Origin: Octopus vulgaris
Lineage: Eukaryota
NCBI GenBank assembly: GCA_951406725.2
Contig: OX597834.1
Location: 13,392,001-13,456,000, forward strand
DNA: 64,000 nucleotides
Reading direction: 5' to 3'
The notes beneath the pieces are model-generated. The model was given only the letters and a program-made list of their open reading frames with translations, had not been told where the DNA came from and did no database searches. Positions 1-14,249 of the stretch are shown piece after piece (position 1 is the first letter of the stretch; each line of letters opens with the position of its first letter). The translations under genes and the position numbers were made by a program.

Positions 1-606
<606 letters not shown>

Positions 607-1478
607 ATAGGAATTATAGCATCAGTCGTTTCGTAGTGCGCAAATACCAATGAATTTCAATATTTGCAATTGTAATTATCCTATAAATAGCTTACACTAC
701 ATTACTCTCTCAACTTGATGCTCATTTAGATTTATACATATTTTTTTCCCCTTGATGTTTGCAGTTTCGAGATTTCATACCGGCAGTTATTGAATGCTTG
801 TGTGTGTTTGTGTGTGAGAATTCGTTAACTATATTCGTGATATTCGTCATTGGCGATTGACGTGTCGGTGTTTCAAATTTTTTCTTTCTTTTTTTTTTAT
901 TATTGATACTTCAATATAATATCGATGATGTTTGTGATGAGACTGTTTAATTAATTTCCGCCATATTTGTAATCGGAAAACATATCATTAATGTGCTAAT
1001 GGATTTCTCTCAGAGAGATTAATGCTAGATGATCTGCAATGATGATTTTCAATATTCTTTCTACTTGATTCTCTTGTTTCAAATTATTCCCATATTATCG
1101 ATGTTAATCTTAATTAAAGTTTTAATGGAAATATTTCTCATCGTTTTATTTCGATTTATTTTCACTATAGTACTCTATTTCGGTATTTATTGTTTCCTTT
1201 ATAAATACATAACTTAGATTTGTTGCCGTTAATGAAATCCAAAAAGAAAAGCGTTGCAAATGTGCAACGGAGAGTTAGACTGACAAATAGAGGGAGAATG
1301 AGGGAGAGCAAGAGACAGAGAGAGAAGGAGAGAGACGCACATGCACACACACACACACACAAACACACACGCACATACATTACAAACAGACGTGGATTTA
1401 CATTTTCATAAGTGTATATACTCATATGTGGAAGAATAAACGCATGTACAAACACATATATATGTATTTGTGTCTCTG

Positions 1479-1646
<168 letters not shown>

Positions 1647-1700
1647 TACACACACACACGCACACACACTCACATATATATATATATGCATAAACAGATC

Positions 1701-1834
1701 GGCGCAGGAGTGGATGTATGGTAAGTATCTTGCTTATTAACCACATGGTTCCTGGTTAAGTCCCACTGCGTGGCATCTTGAGCTAAAGCCTTGACAGTGG
1801 ATTTGGTAGACGGATACTTAAAGAAGCCCGTCAT
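1701..1834 (+). mobile_element. tRNA-derived SINE family A, 5' half only, internally deleted
   Basis: GGCGCAGGAGTGG..TGGTAAGTA..CCACATGGTTCC..GTCCCACTGCGTGGCA..GGATTTGGTAGACGG..AAGAAGCCCGTC matches the fuller copies at 10936, 18392, 38824, 48688 and 60651. Confidence 0.85.
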
Positions 1835-1864
1835 ACACACACAAGCGTATAAATATATGTGTAA

Positions 1865-2170
1865 GTGGAGGCACATTGCCTAGTGGTTAGAGCAGCGGAC
1901 TCGCGGTCGAGGGATCGCGAGTTCAAATAAGACCGGGCGATGTGCGTGTTTATGAGCGAAACACCTAAGCTCCACGCGGCACCGGGAGAAAGAAGTGGCG
2001 AACCTCTGCTGACTCTTTCGCCATAGCTTTGTCTCACTCTTTCCTCCAGCATCTTGCTGCTCACCTGCGACGGACCGGCGTCCCGTCCAGGTGGGGAACC
2101 TATACGCCAAGAAACCAGGAAGCCGGCCCTTACGTGCCGGGTATGGCTCGAGAAGGAACAAACAAACAAA
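1865..2170 (+). mobile_element. tRNA-derived SINE, family C head with alternative (V-domain-like) tail
   Basis: Head GTGGAGGCACATTGCCTAGTGGTTAGAGCAGCGGACTCGCGGTC (A box, B-box-like); tail CCTGCGACGGACCGGCGTCCCGTCCAGG..(AAAC)n; homologous to 16648-16958 and 35133-35450. Confidence 0.85.
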
Positions 2171-2189
2171 AATGTATGTATGTATGTAT

Positions 2190-2377
2190 ATAGGGAGAAT
2201 TCATAAGAAAAAAGAACTAAAGACGAAGACAGGGGATTTTGACAACAGATGTATTATTATAACGCTTGGGATATGAAAAAGGCTTTAACGTTTCGCTCCT
2301 ACGGCCTTCCACAGAAAGGAACACAGAAAGAAACAAGGAGAGAAAATAAAGAATGTGTAGTGGCTAGCGACCTATTA
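2190..2377 (-). mobile_element. Short microsatellite-flanked element with a degenerate minimal hammerhead-like motif (2283-2318)
   Basis: Minus strand reads cttt-CTGTGGA-a-ggccgtaggagc-GAAA-cg-TT-aaag; helix I cttt/aaag pairs, but the core deviates from CUGANGA and stem II is imperfect. Confidence 0.5.
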
Positions 2378-2514
2378 TGTGTGTGTGTGTGTGTGTGTGC
2401 ATTTATGCATATATGAAGGTGTAAAATATAGGTGCACACACATTTATAGGCACTGGCATCAATGCATATCTTTACATATATGAATATGTACATGTATGTT
2501 TATGCTTGTATAAA

Positions 2515-2570
<56 letters not shown>

Positions 2571-3674
2571 TGGGTGTCAGCAAATATGTACTTGCATATT
2601 TCATCTCGAAAACGATTGGTTCGCTTCGATGTCCACCTGTGAATGTTTTCATAAGTGTATGCAGACGCACACAGACACAGACACATACATACATGTATAT
2701 ATTCAAACCTAGAAACGTAATATGGATCTATACTCACATATGCTTTATAAAATAAACAGATATATGCGGAGATAGGTAAAAATAAAGAGACAGACGGAAA
2801 GTGAAAGAGAGGGGGAACTTGAAAAGAATCTAAAGCTATTATCTGTTCGCACAAAATAAGCAATGTAATAACACCCCACGTATACCGACAATAATAGAGA
2901 TATATAATTTTGGTTTGGTCAAACGGTATTACAATGTCTTAAACACATTTTATTTATGTTAGCTCTGTTCAAAACTTGTTATCATTATATAAATGCATTT
3001 AAAAATTTACTAAAGATCGATTCTTTTGAACACGTTTATAGCAATGATTCACAGTCGCTTGTATTCTTTCGGAAATTATATACATATTTAGAAATATTCC
3101 CAGCTCTAAAATATTTTAGTATTGCGTTATGCAACTCTTTGTTTTGAAGTAATCTAGGGAATGATATGTGTGTGTCTGTGTGTGTGATGTATATGCTTAT
3201 ATAATCAAATATAACTTCCAAGCAGCTTAGGGAACATAACCAAAATCGAGCACACATACACAAGTTATGTAAGTTGTTAGTTCGTAGGTAGGTTCTGTTT
3301 TTTTTTAGGCGTAAGAGAATATATTCGATCCGAGCATTCGTTTAACCACGAGTTACATCTAATTCGTATTTGAATTATTTTCCGTGACAAACTAACAGAT
3401 GGTGCCTGAAACATTGAGCTTATAGTCATATTTGGCCATATGCCTTGCAGCGGTCCTGGTTCAGGAATCGCCATTCATAAGTTAAAAGCGTCGATATCAG
3501 TCGCATCGGGAAAGAAACTGATGCGAGTTGTCTCGCTTGACTGTGACTTACTTTCATGTGTTTTTCCCACCAGGTGCTTAGAGGTTTATAGTCTCATACT
3601 CCAGAAACAACAACCGACCCACGAACTACCGAAATCATACCTAGTGTACGTGTGTTCCATTGTGTGTATGCGTT

Positions 3675-3735
<61 letters not shown>

Positions 3736-3818
3736 ATGTGTGTGTATCTGTGTGTGTCTGTATGTGTGTATGTGGAGCCACATGGTCCTGTGGCTCGAGA
3801 AAGGACACCAGAAATATG

Positions 3819-3855
<37 letters not shown>

Positions 3856-5049
3856 GTATGTATGCATGTATAAATGTATGCATGCATATGTATTAACACA
3901 TACATATATACATATTCATTTCTATGATATTCTTACTTTAACGTTGTAATACTAGTATTGCTAATGTTGTTGTCGATGTTGTTGTTGTTGTTATTGTGAT
4001 TACAACAGTAACTACTAATATCAGATCGAATTATGGGCATCATCTACGTGGCTATCGTTGTTGTTGAATTTTCTTCTAGCTTTCATATCATAAACCCTAT
4101 CTATCACTGTCTATTGTGTTTTCAATACTAACCAGTGTTTTATCAATAGCCACTGGTATAAATGTTGTTCTTCGTGTCTCTATGTTTTTTTCATTAATTG
4201 TTTTTTTTTTTGTTATTTCTTCATATATAAATAATATTTAGGTATAATAAGAGAATTGGATTTGCTTCTGATGAGATATCACTCCTCGTAATTCAACCAC
4301 GGGGAAACTCTATCTCTCCTGCGTAATTATCATCTACAACCATCTCTCTGTAATGTTCCTCGAAGCAAAGTGACACAGAAACATTTGTATCCAATATGTA
4401 ACCAATGCTATACAGATAGCTTTAGCCATCGTCGTATCTTTGTAATGAATGGTTACGTAATGCATCATGTTTTCAATGTTTAATTTCCTGTAGTGTGCAA
4501 CGCAAAAATTATTGGCCGTTATGCACGTTTCTGTTTCTCAATATTTGTACGTTTTCAATCATGGAAAATAATATATTTTACGTCATGGTTCGCTTTCTGC
4601 CAAATTCATCACAATGAAATGATTCTCTCCTGGCATGCATATACAGAAGAGAAGGAAAAAATGCGAATCTCTTAACGCTGTCTACTCTACCAGGTAGGTG
4701 TATGTGAACAGAAATATTGAGAAGAGGATAAGGCATTCTCCTGAGAATACTATGTTAATGGGCTCGATCTCAGTTTGTAGTCATTTGAACAAGTGACATT
4801 TGTCAATACCTTGTATCATCCTTAATACTAAGGGTAATTGTGTAGAGGGCATGTTGTGGCTGTCCATCAGTTTATTTTGAATTCTAATAAAAAAAAAATT
4901 ACTTGATTCTGTATTAGGCAAAATTATGTTTGAACGTGGAGTGGAATACTCAGACGCTGATTTGTAAATTCATTTAAATTGCAATCTAGTAGATCAAACA
5001 ACCAGTTCCCCATCGAAGACTCCAGGCGAGGTGGGATATTGGAGTAAGC

Positions 5050-5960
5050 ACAGTTTCAGCGCGTTGCTACATTCACCAGTTCTCGGTATATACCTTGATC
5101 CTCTCGAAAAACCTGTCTAGCAGAGTCCCAGGCTGTCCCAAATCCATGAGATCCCTCCTCACCTGCCATAACCGGGTAGTATGCTGTTGATCAACACGCG
5201 CCTCCAGCCTCACAGAAGAGTGCACGGTAACCAGGTTATACATAAAATAATTGAGCAACAGGGCCAAAGAGTGAGTTGGGGCTCTTAGATCTTTCAAGCA
5301 ACAGCTTGTGATCCAGTTCCTGAGCACAGTCGCTGGTTTGATATGAAATCCAACAAATGGCAATCGATATCACTAAGTATTAATCTTTCAGAATTCATTA
5401 GTCTGCATATTCAACAGATCTTCCCTCATATCGAAAACCTGTTGCGAATAAGTTTAGAAAGTAGCACACATCATTGTCAATGGTTAGTTAATAGTATTGA
5501 GCAAGATATAAGTTTATATATACAACAGAAGAGATTGTTCTGTGCAACCTGAATATTTTTTGAACTGTTTCAATATATTTCATATCGATCTCTTATCTGT
5601 AGTAAAATAATTCTAAACGTAGTGTCAGGAAATATAGTCTAACATTGACAATGGGCTGGCAAAGTGTCCTGGATAACGTCACATATTGGTGTAAATAGAA
5701 TACAGAGAGATGAATATAACATCTCAACCATAATTTTAATGGTATTCATTATCAAATCCTCCCGTTGTAACACGTTTAAGCCCATGCTGCAGATGCAGAG
5801 AATGAACTCTTCTTCCACAAGTTCGATCTCATTAACAAACATACAGCTTTTCATAACATTTCATCCTTTGGATTCGACTGAAGCTAATGAGCCTTTCAGC
5901 TTTAGCGCGCTTCAATGACTTACATGAAAGGCCAGGGAGGTTGTGAAACTTAACAATGTC
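5050..5960 (-). pseudogene. Highly decayed RTE-clade LINE ORF2 C-terminal remnant
   Basis: Frame-shifted minus-strand peptides NEIELVEEEF (cf. IEVVxEFxYLGS), DFISNQRL..QLTLFGPVAQL (cf. DFVSN..RQLRLFGHVARL) and RLWQVRRDLMDLG (cf. RWxDQVxxDL). Confidence 0.55.
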
Positions 5961-6582
5961 TAGGTACGAGTGACCGACGGCTCGAGAGCAAAAAAGCTAT
6001 TTCAGTCTTTTATAAGCACTTTATTTGTTCCTAGTGGCTAAACACACTAATATTCACCAATTCCAGTCGTTAGTGGTAACCGACTTTTTCACCGATTCTC
6101 CGATAATCATCGATGCGTAAATATCAAAACCAATTTTCGAAACGATGGTATAAATAACAACATATCCAAACTCTAATGCCATGGGAATGATTACTTTCCC
6201 TTATATACATCCACACACACACAGACACATGAACACACATACAGAAACACAAAAACACACGTATATATACACATATCTGTGTGCATAAGTTTGTGTATCT
6301 CTGTGTATGTATTCTCGATTCTATGGTCTAGTTTATAATATTAATATAAATAATCTCGTCAGCACATAGTAAAACTTTTGCATTTATATATTTATTTCAT
6401 CACATAATACCAAATTTTGAAGTAAATATGCTGTTGCCCAAAGGAGAATGCATAGTAATGCTTCGTGGTATGTCTGTGTTTGTACGTTGCATGTTCTAAA
6501 ATCCTAAATATACCCAAGCAGTATTACGTCATTATAGTCATATCTTCACACGTATAGGTATGCTTGTGCGTTTGTATATATT

Positions 6583-6634
<52 letters not shown>

Positions 6635-6743
6635 AATATATATATATATATATATGTGTGTATGTGTATTTATATAGATATATATATATATATATGTATA
6701 TAGGTATATAATATGTGTAACACATAAAAGTGCGTTTGATCGT

Positions 6744-6820
6744 TATTATCATCATCAGCATCATCATCATCACTATCATCATCACCATCACCATCACCAT
6801 CACCATCACCATCATCATCA

Positions 6821-6886
<66 letters not shown>
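6744..6886. repeat. (ATC)n/(ATCACC)n/(ATT)n trinucleotide array
   Basis: Read directly. Confidence 0.95.
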
Positions 6887-6887
<1 letters not shown>

Positions 6888-7776
6888 ACAAGAAGCATAT
6901 TCGACATAAAAAGGTTTTTACGTTTACATCAAAAGCAATATATTTCACACTCGGCTCATATATGATTATAATACCATTTCGATGCTCTTATTTTCAATAG
7001 GTTTCTGGAACCGATGTATCCTCTAAAGTATTGCTATATATAGATTAAATTAACTCGAAGCCAATAGAATATGAGATATTATTTATTGAGCTTACAGCAA
7101 CCTTTACGACTCAATATTCAAACGAGAGATTTTACTTATGGCGGATTCTGAAATATTTCGCTTAAATGTGATAGCTATGTATATGTTTGTTGAAGTGACT
7201 CCGCTATATCGTCACTATAGTCAACCTGTAAGCAATAGCATACATATAACAAGATAATGGTAAAGTGAATGCGCTAGATGCTGATTTCCCTCGAATCCCT
7301 AAAGAGAATTTCTAGTAAATATAAATACCCATATTCGCATGTATATCTTGAGTGGCTATTATTAACATTAAATATTACACAATAATCACTTTGGTAGGAT
7401 CCATTTAAGAATGTACAGGGAAAAACTGCGTTGAAGCAAGCACACTAGCATACGCATACACTTAAACATATATATATATATATATGTGTGTGTGTGTATG
7501 TGTGTGTGTGTGTGTGTTCGTGTGTGTGTGTGTGTATGAGTGTGTGTGCGTATGTGTATATATATATATATAATGTAATATGTATATATCTGTGTGTGTG
7601 TGTGCAGCATCTTGTGATTCTGATGAAGTCGTATGACTGTGTTGTAGAATCATCGGTGTGTTCTGAAGAAGAGCACTTCGTATGGAATTTCTCCATTCCT
7701 CTCACCTGGAATAATTGAGAATTCTACGACGAACCGGCAACCCGTATATATATATATATGATATATATTTAATATT

Positions 7777-7829
7777 TAATATTTAATATGCTGGCCACTA
7801 ATATAATTTTTTCAAAATTTTGTCCTATA

Positions 7830-7861
<32 letters not shown>

Positions 7862-8400
7862 TATAGGACAACATTTTGAAAAATTCTATTAGTGGCCAGC
7901 ATATTAAATATTACTTTTGAAGGTGAGGACAAAAGTTTGAAAAAATTCCACGAGTGGCCAGCATATTAAATATTACCTTTGAAGGTGAAAATTATAAACA
8001 ACTTATAAATAAGGGCGAAAGACAGAAATCCCTATGGCAAATGTGCCGAGAAATAGACTTCGAATCGTCAATAATGCACGCGTCTCGAAGCAAGCTGGCA
8101 AAAAATTCATGAGTACATGAGTACACTTCAGTGTACTTATGACTTTGTGTATGATTGTTCCATGTGTGCAAGTAAGCATTTCATTTATTTCTTAACTTAT
8201 TTACAGCTGATGACGTGAAAATTCTTTTATGAATCGACTCAGAAATCTGACCGATTCGGTGATAACGGAATTTTTAAAGAAATTTCTGTTGGCTTGCTAA
8301 GAGACGCGTGTTTTTAGTGATGAATTATATGTGGTTATTGACGATGGAAAGTCCATCTCGGCATATTTGGCATAGGAATTCTTTTCTTTTGCACTTGTTT

Positions 8401-8408
<8 letters not shown>
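7777..8408. mobile_element. Compound fold-back element in (TA)n: hairpin 7777-7913, 63-bp tandem duplication, second inverted repeat ~8000-8090/8300-8408
   Basis: TAATATTTAATATGCTGGCCACTAAT..GTCCTATAG-(TA)n-CTATAGGAC..ATTAGTGGCCAGCATATTAAATATTA; same family as 22021-22260. Confidence 0.75.
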
Positions 8409-8447
<39 letters not shown>

Positions 8448-8573
8448 GAGACAGAATCCGGGGGGAACAGCCATATGAGCTTATTTCTTGGAGAGGATAT
8501 CTGGTCCGTATCGTTTGATATTTGTGTATATGTTTTCACATCCATGTTCAAAACTTATTTGATGCAAACACGC

Positions 8574-8629
<56 letters not shown>

Positions 8630-8868
8630 AGAGAGAGACACACTCGTACACATGTACACGCGTACACATATGCATGCGTATTGTCATGTATCCGCATATG
8701 GATATAAACAGAGATTTGTTAATAAACGTGTGTGTTTCAAGAACATCTTTAACTCGCCCTATTGGCATTTTAATGCCTAGCAGCGCAAGCATATTTTTCA
8801 TGTCCGATAAAGTCGAATATTGCAGTACAGTTAGATCCTGATTCTAAAATACGGGATAAAAACATATA

Positions 8869-8913
<45 letters not shown>

Positions 8914-9133
8914 TTTGTTGTATATAACACGTCGTTATGTTTTATTATTTTGCGATTGAATTTGTCAAGGTATGCTCAAGAGAATAGCAAAAATATAAGG
9001 TGAAATATGAAGATGATTGATTTTTATGAAAATTTGCAGTCTCATATTATTCCCTGTAGGCCATAACACGTATGTGTTTTTGAAGCAGGAATTCGTATTT
9101 TCAATCTTAGATTTCTTTAAAATTTGTGGATAC

Positions 9134-9171
<38 letters not shown>

Positions 9172-9269
9172 GAACTTATAGTCAAGGGATGATTCGTTCT
9201 ATACGTGTGTATATTTGTGTGATTATGTATATATTTGTAAGTGTATACATATATATATATATATATGTT

Positions 9270-10450
9270 TATACATGGTAGGGCATAACCATCTCCCGCA
9301 TTTTGAATGAATATAAAATGAAAACACATCCATTAAGGAAAACATCTCTTGTGTTTGTGAAAAGTAAATAATAAAACAGTGTAGGTTACTTGGTTGTATA
9401 AACCATAAAGCGACGGTTATTTGCAATACATTAATGTAGATTTCTCGGAAGCTCTCCCTGTTTTTGCGTGTCATTTCAGGTGGTATTGCGATGATTTCCC
9501 CACGAAACCGTTGTATCAAATCTCCAAGAGTTCGAAGATGATATCGGAAAACTTTTTCCTTTAGGTATCCACCAAAGGAAATTTTACAAGCGCTTAAATG
9601 AAGTGATTTTGCCAGCTACCCAACGTCACCCATAAATGTAATCAAATGCCCAGACAACATTCCCCTCAATACTCCAAGCAAACCTAGTGCTGTGTGGGCC
9701 TTAGCTCCGTCCTCTTGAAACGGTAGATATTCGGTATCCAACACATCAAGGTTTGGGCGCAAAAGCTCTCCAGTATTTCAATATATCGGCCAATGATAAC
9801 CGCTACAGTTTCATCGCTTTCTTCATAACTCCAAATCTCTTCATAACTCCGATGACTCCAAAATCGGCAACTGAACACCGCTGAGTTACACGAGGAGAAT
9901 GAAGCCGTCTTTCATGGTGTTCATGACGATTATGTTAAGCCCGGTGGCGAATATTCTGCTTGTTTACGTTTCCACTGATATGGAAGTGAGCCTCACCATT
10001 ACACAGAAGAACAGCTGTAGCGGGAACTGGTGCAAGAATATCCGCACATAGGGCTTTACCATAGTTATTATCGATTTCGAAAAGTTCTTGATCTAACATC
10101 ATCTTCTAAGGATAAAGTTTCAAATCAGCGTGCAGAATCCTCCTCAAACTTCAACTAGATATTTCTAATGCTACCCTATACTTACGAGCAGAACGCGTTG
10201 GTGTCAGCTGGACATTTTCTGGAGTTCTAACGCGCCTTGGTCTGCCAGGAAATTTTCTCTTCAATGAGGATCATGTTGCATAAAAGTTAGATTGTCAAAG
10301 CATAATCGTTCTCCAATCTTATGTATTTCGACCGAGCGCAAAGTGTATACGAAACGCTCGCTGCGTCGCTATTACAGAAGCTCTTAACACTCTTAACACT
10401 CATAATACTCTTGAACGAGGAAGCCCGATGTTCATCAATTCACGATGGGT
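9270..10450 (-). mobile_element. Decayed Tc1/mariner-superfamily transposon (transposase pseudogene)
   Basis: Minus-strand motifs TPENV..PTRSARK..SLRRILHADLKLYP*K, EAHFHISGNVNKQNIR (~10000-9955), FQEDGAKAHTA (9720-9688), GYLKEKVF; many stops and frameshifts; TIRs not clearly resolved. Confidence 0.85.
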
Positions 10451-10648
10451 TCTGAAAGAGTAAGAAAGTTTTTGAGTAGTGAATGATGAAAATGGAAATG
10501 ATAGGACCTAAAAAAAGGAAGAAGTTTTTGAGTAATTGGCGATGAATACATGTTTGAAATAGTAGTGCACGTGCGTTTGTAATACATAATAGCTTTTATT
10601 GGTGGTGGTGGTGGTGGTGCGGTTAGGGAACGTTTTAAAGAAAGATAC

Positions 10649-10682
<34 letters not shown>

Positions 10683-10935
10683 TGGGAGAAGAAGGTCGAA
10701 AGAGAAATAGAGAGAAAGAGCGAGTGTGTGGATGAGTGAGCGGTAACATTCATCATGTAATTGTTTGCGCGTTTTCTTTAAATTTCGGAGACAACGAAAA
10801 ATATGATGTATAAACACTGGCTGTTACTTACCATATCAGACTACCTCGTCATCTATATCTGTGCCCAATAGTTATGATCAATACAATCTACATACACGCA
10901 GGAAAACGTAAAAGTTACCAAATCCCATTTCTTCG

Positions 10936-11136
10936 CTTTCTTTACTTTCACTTGTTTCAGTCATTTTACTGCGGCCATGCTGGAGCACCACCTTTAATCG
11001 AGCAACTCGAACCCAGGACTTATTCTATCGGTCACTTTTGCCGAACCGCTAAGTAACGGGGACACAAACACAGCAGCATCGGTTGTCAAGCAATGCTAGG
11101 GGGACAAAAACAGACACATAAACATATATACACACA

Positions 11137-11207
<71 letters not shown>

Positions 11208-11381
11208 TTACATATATACGACGGGCTTCTTTCAGTTTCCGTCTACCAAATCCACTCACAAGACTTTGGTCGGCCCGAGGCTATAGTAGAAGAGACTTGC
11301 CCAAGGTGCCACGCAGTGGGACTGAACCCGCAACCATGTGGTTGGTAAACAAGCTACTTACCACACAGCCACTCCTGCGCC
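10936..11381 (-). mobile_element. SINE family A, full length, with internal (TA)n/(CA)n tract
   Basis: Reverse complement of the family A head and of the tail CCAGCATGGCCGCAGT..TGACTGAAACAAGT. Confidence 0.92.
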
Positions 11382-11437
11382 TATTGATAAAGATTTTATA
11401 AAAAATTAAAATTACTAAAGCTACTAAAACTACCTAT

Positions 11438-11491
<54 letters not shown>

Positions 11492-12149
11492 AAAATCAAC
11501 ACGTTTTATCATTAACTTAGTTTAATGAATTATATCATAATATATCAATGACATAGTCATCAGAGACTTGCTTAATTACATTTAGAGAAAAATACATATT
11601 ATACTACTACCCGTGCAGAAAATTTAATATAGATTTTTAATGTATAATTAATATTTTATATCAATGTTTTATCTACTAAGCTTTCTTTAATCCTTATATT
11701 TACACTTGCTAGTGTAATAAAACTTGAATTGTCGGCAGATTCAAAGTTCCAGTAGCTGTGATATGTAATTAATTATTTATAATAGTGATAAAGTTGATAA
11801 CATTTTTTGAACAAACTTAATCATGTGTGAATACATGACATGTCACTCCTCTTCCTCATATTTAAAATGAAATATTAACATTCAAGTATTAATATTTTAA
11901 TATAATGTTTAATGTGTCTCCTATATCTACGAAGAATTCTTTACTTTTATAGTTACAGGTGTTAGTGCATTGAACATAAAATACCGACATATTCAAAGTG
12001 CTAGTAGCTTTAACATGTAATTAATTTCTTTGTGATAATAAATCTGTAATTTTTGAAAGCCCATTTACTTTCATAAAATAAAGAGTAACAGAAGAAAGAA
12101 ACTGTCCTACCTATCTGAAAGCCAGCCTGAATCCTCGTATTAAGAGGCG

Positions 12150-13580
12150 CCGTGTGTAATATAGTATTTAGTATAATTCTTCGAAGAAGATAAAGCAAAA
12201 GGAATTTTCAAACTTATAAGCAGCAGCCTTGATTACAATCTTCCACTCCACAGAAAAAGAACTATTTTTCTTCTCTTTCAAGTTACAGATAAATTTACTG
12301 AGGCTGATACAAGAGGACCTGTTACCATTAATAAAAGGTTAAATGTGATTAGAGATGCATTTCTTGCTAAAATTTTGCATAGTCGCTGCGTAAAAGAAAA
12401 TCTTTCTCCTAAGTTTCACTTTACAACTGTAAATATTTTTGGCTAACAGCTATTTTTTAAATAAACATTTACTTCTAACCTTGCAATCACAAAATATGTT
12501 TTCATTACTACTCATATTATTATAATGTTTCATATCATTCTATTCGGTATGGTTGTTATTTAACAAGTTGCCAATATTCCAGAGGTTGAGATGGTGTTTA
12601 CATGGGTTGCTTCCCCTTGTACAGTAGACGACTCAGGTACACTTTTTTTACTAACATTTCTTCTAATAACATTACTATTGTTGCATTCAAAACGGTCATA
12701 ATTGTTATAAAATGTAAATCATTTTCCTTCGTTCACTGCAGATATAATTTGGGGAAAATTATTTGATACAGACAAGGCAACTTCAAGAAATCTAGAGTTA
12801 ATAATATCGTAATATCTACTTTCCTTTGTGTTTAAAAAAAAATGTTTAAAACCCCGACAAAATCATTCTCAATTTGTTTAGCAAATGGAATTATAAACCA
12901 AATAATGCCGTTCTTATCAGGATATATATTATAATTTTCAAATTTTCGCAACATATTAAATATATAAATAGTTTATTTATATTTTATTATTCATAGTCCT
13001 AATCATAAGAGGACAATTAGAAAACGGAAATAATACATTGGTTCTCGTATTTTATATACAAAAAATGTCATTTGGACATTTATCCTCACATCCTTTACCA
13101 TTCCAATTCCTGTCAGTTCGTTTGAAAGTATTACTAACATGAGAAACATGGTATTAGAGATACTGATATCAATATTTTTAGGATAATACTTCAGTTGTAT
13201 ATTTTTTCATACCCAGCTTTGCTGAGTGCCATATAATAGTAGTCAGCTTTTTTGCCAAAAATATTCTTATTAGACGATAGACTAGAAATTATTTTAGAGA
13301 TATTATTATAAACTAAAATATCTTTAAAAGAACCAGGGAGATTACTTGCGACATTTATATACTTAAGATTGGAGCTAGGTTTGTGATATTGTTCATAGTC
13401 GCCAGTAGTGAAATTAGGATTAGGGTCCAGGAAGTTTACTGATTCATGTTCATTTTCTATTGTTATAGACAGACCAAAACTCTTTAAAACTCAGTAAAAT
13501 GTCTTCATACATAGTTCATGTTACCTATTAGATGGGTTCTTGAATGGAGATAAGGTCATCATCCCTATATAAACCTCCCG
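12150..13580 (-). mobile_element. Decayed Penelope-like retroelement (RT C-terminus/thumb, linker, GIY-YIG endonuclease region)
   Basis: Minus-strand GGLYRDD (13578-13558), FGLSITIENEHESVNFLD..TGDYEQYHKPSSNLKYINVASNLP..IISSLSSNKNIF..ALSKAGY, IIWFIIPFAKQI (cf. IIWFNPPYSKNV), CDCKVRSKCLF..KNIY..SNHI..SLSKFICNLK (cf. CNCR..CPL..NIIY..NH..LSKYIWxLK). Confidence 0.88.
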
Positions 13581-13661
13581 AAAGTTCAGAAAAATCCCCT
13601 TCCGAAGATATATGTGTGTGTGTTTGTGTGTACACCCCCCCCATATATATATATATATATA

Positions 13662-13706
13662 TATGTATGTATAATTTATATGTATATCTATATATGTATG
13701 TATAAT

Positions 13707-13740
<34 letters not shown>

Positions 13741-13755
13741 CTATGTATGTATAAT

Positions 13756-13807
<52 letters not shown>

Positions 13808-13810
13808 AAT

Positions 13811-13860
<50 letters not shown>
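13662..13860. repeat. Four-copy compound repeat ATGTATGTATAATTTATATGT-(AT)n
   Basis: Unit at ~13662, 13694, 13743 and 13798 with progressively longer (AT)n spacers. Confidence 0.85.
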
Positions 13861-13862
<2 letters not shown>

Positions 13863-14249
13863 CGAACGTACAATGTTTATATTGGTACGACGCAAATTAG
13901 AACGCAGCTCTCTGGTTTTTACATGCGAAGAGGAGAATAAATAAAGCTTTGTGGGCACGTGAGTGATTAAAGTGAAAGTAGCATGATTCGGCCTTGTTCT
14001 TACGGTGAGGGTGAAGGATAAAGACATCTGTTGCCCACGTGGTGATTTTGTGCTAGAAGACGATGTGCGACGATCAACGTGATGAACGTCGACTTGGATA
14101 ATTTAACGTTCACACATGCAATATACCTGCATGAGATTTTGACGATAAATCTTATTTGCCCCGGTCAACACTCAATTAATCATGTGTTCCTTGCGTCTTA
14201 TACTCAAACTCGCAACTTTTCTTATGTCATTGCAACTCGTTTCTACAGA

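Noticed and set aside
3380-3600. GC-richer stretch as a possible exon or LINE tail
   Set aside because: Only a faint RTE-like resemblance on the minus strand, stops in candidate frames, and no convincing splice sites
4265-4315. CTGATGA...GAAA spacing resembling a hammerhead
   Set aside because: No helix I complementarity and stem II not adjacent to the core; likely chance
7618-7680. CTGATGAAGTCGTATGAC and CTGAAGAAGAGC motifs
   Set aside because: No following GAAA or helix I/III
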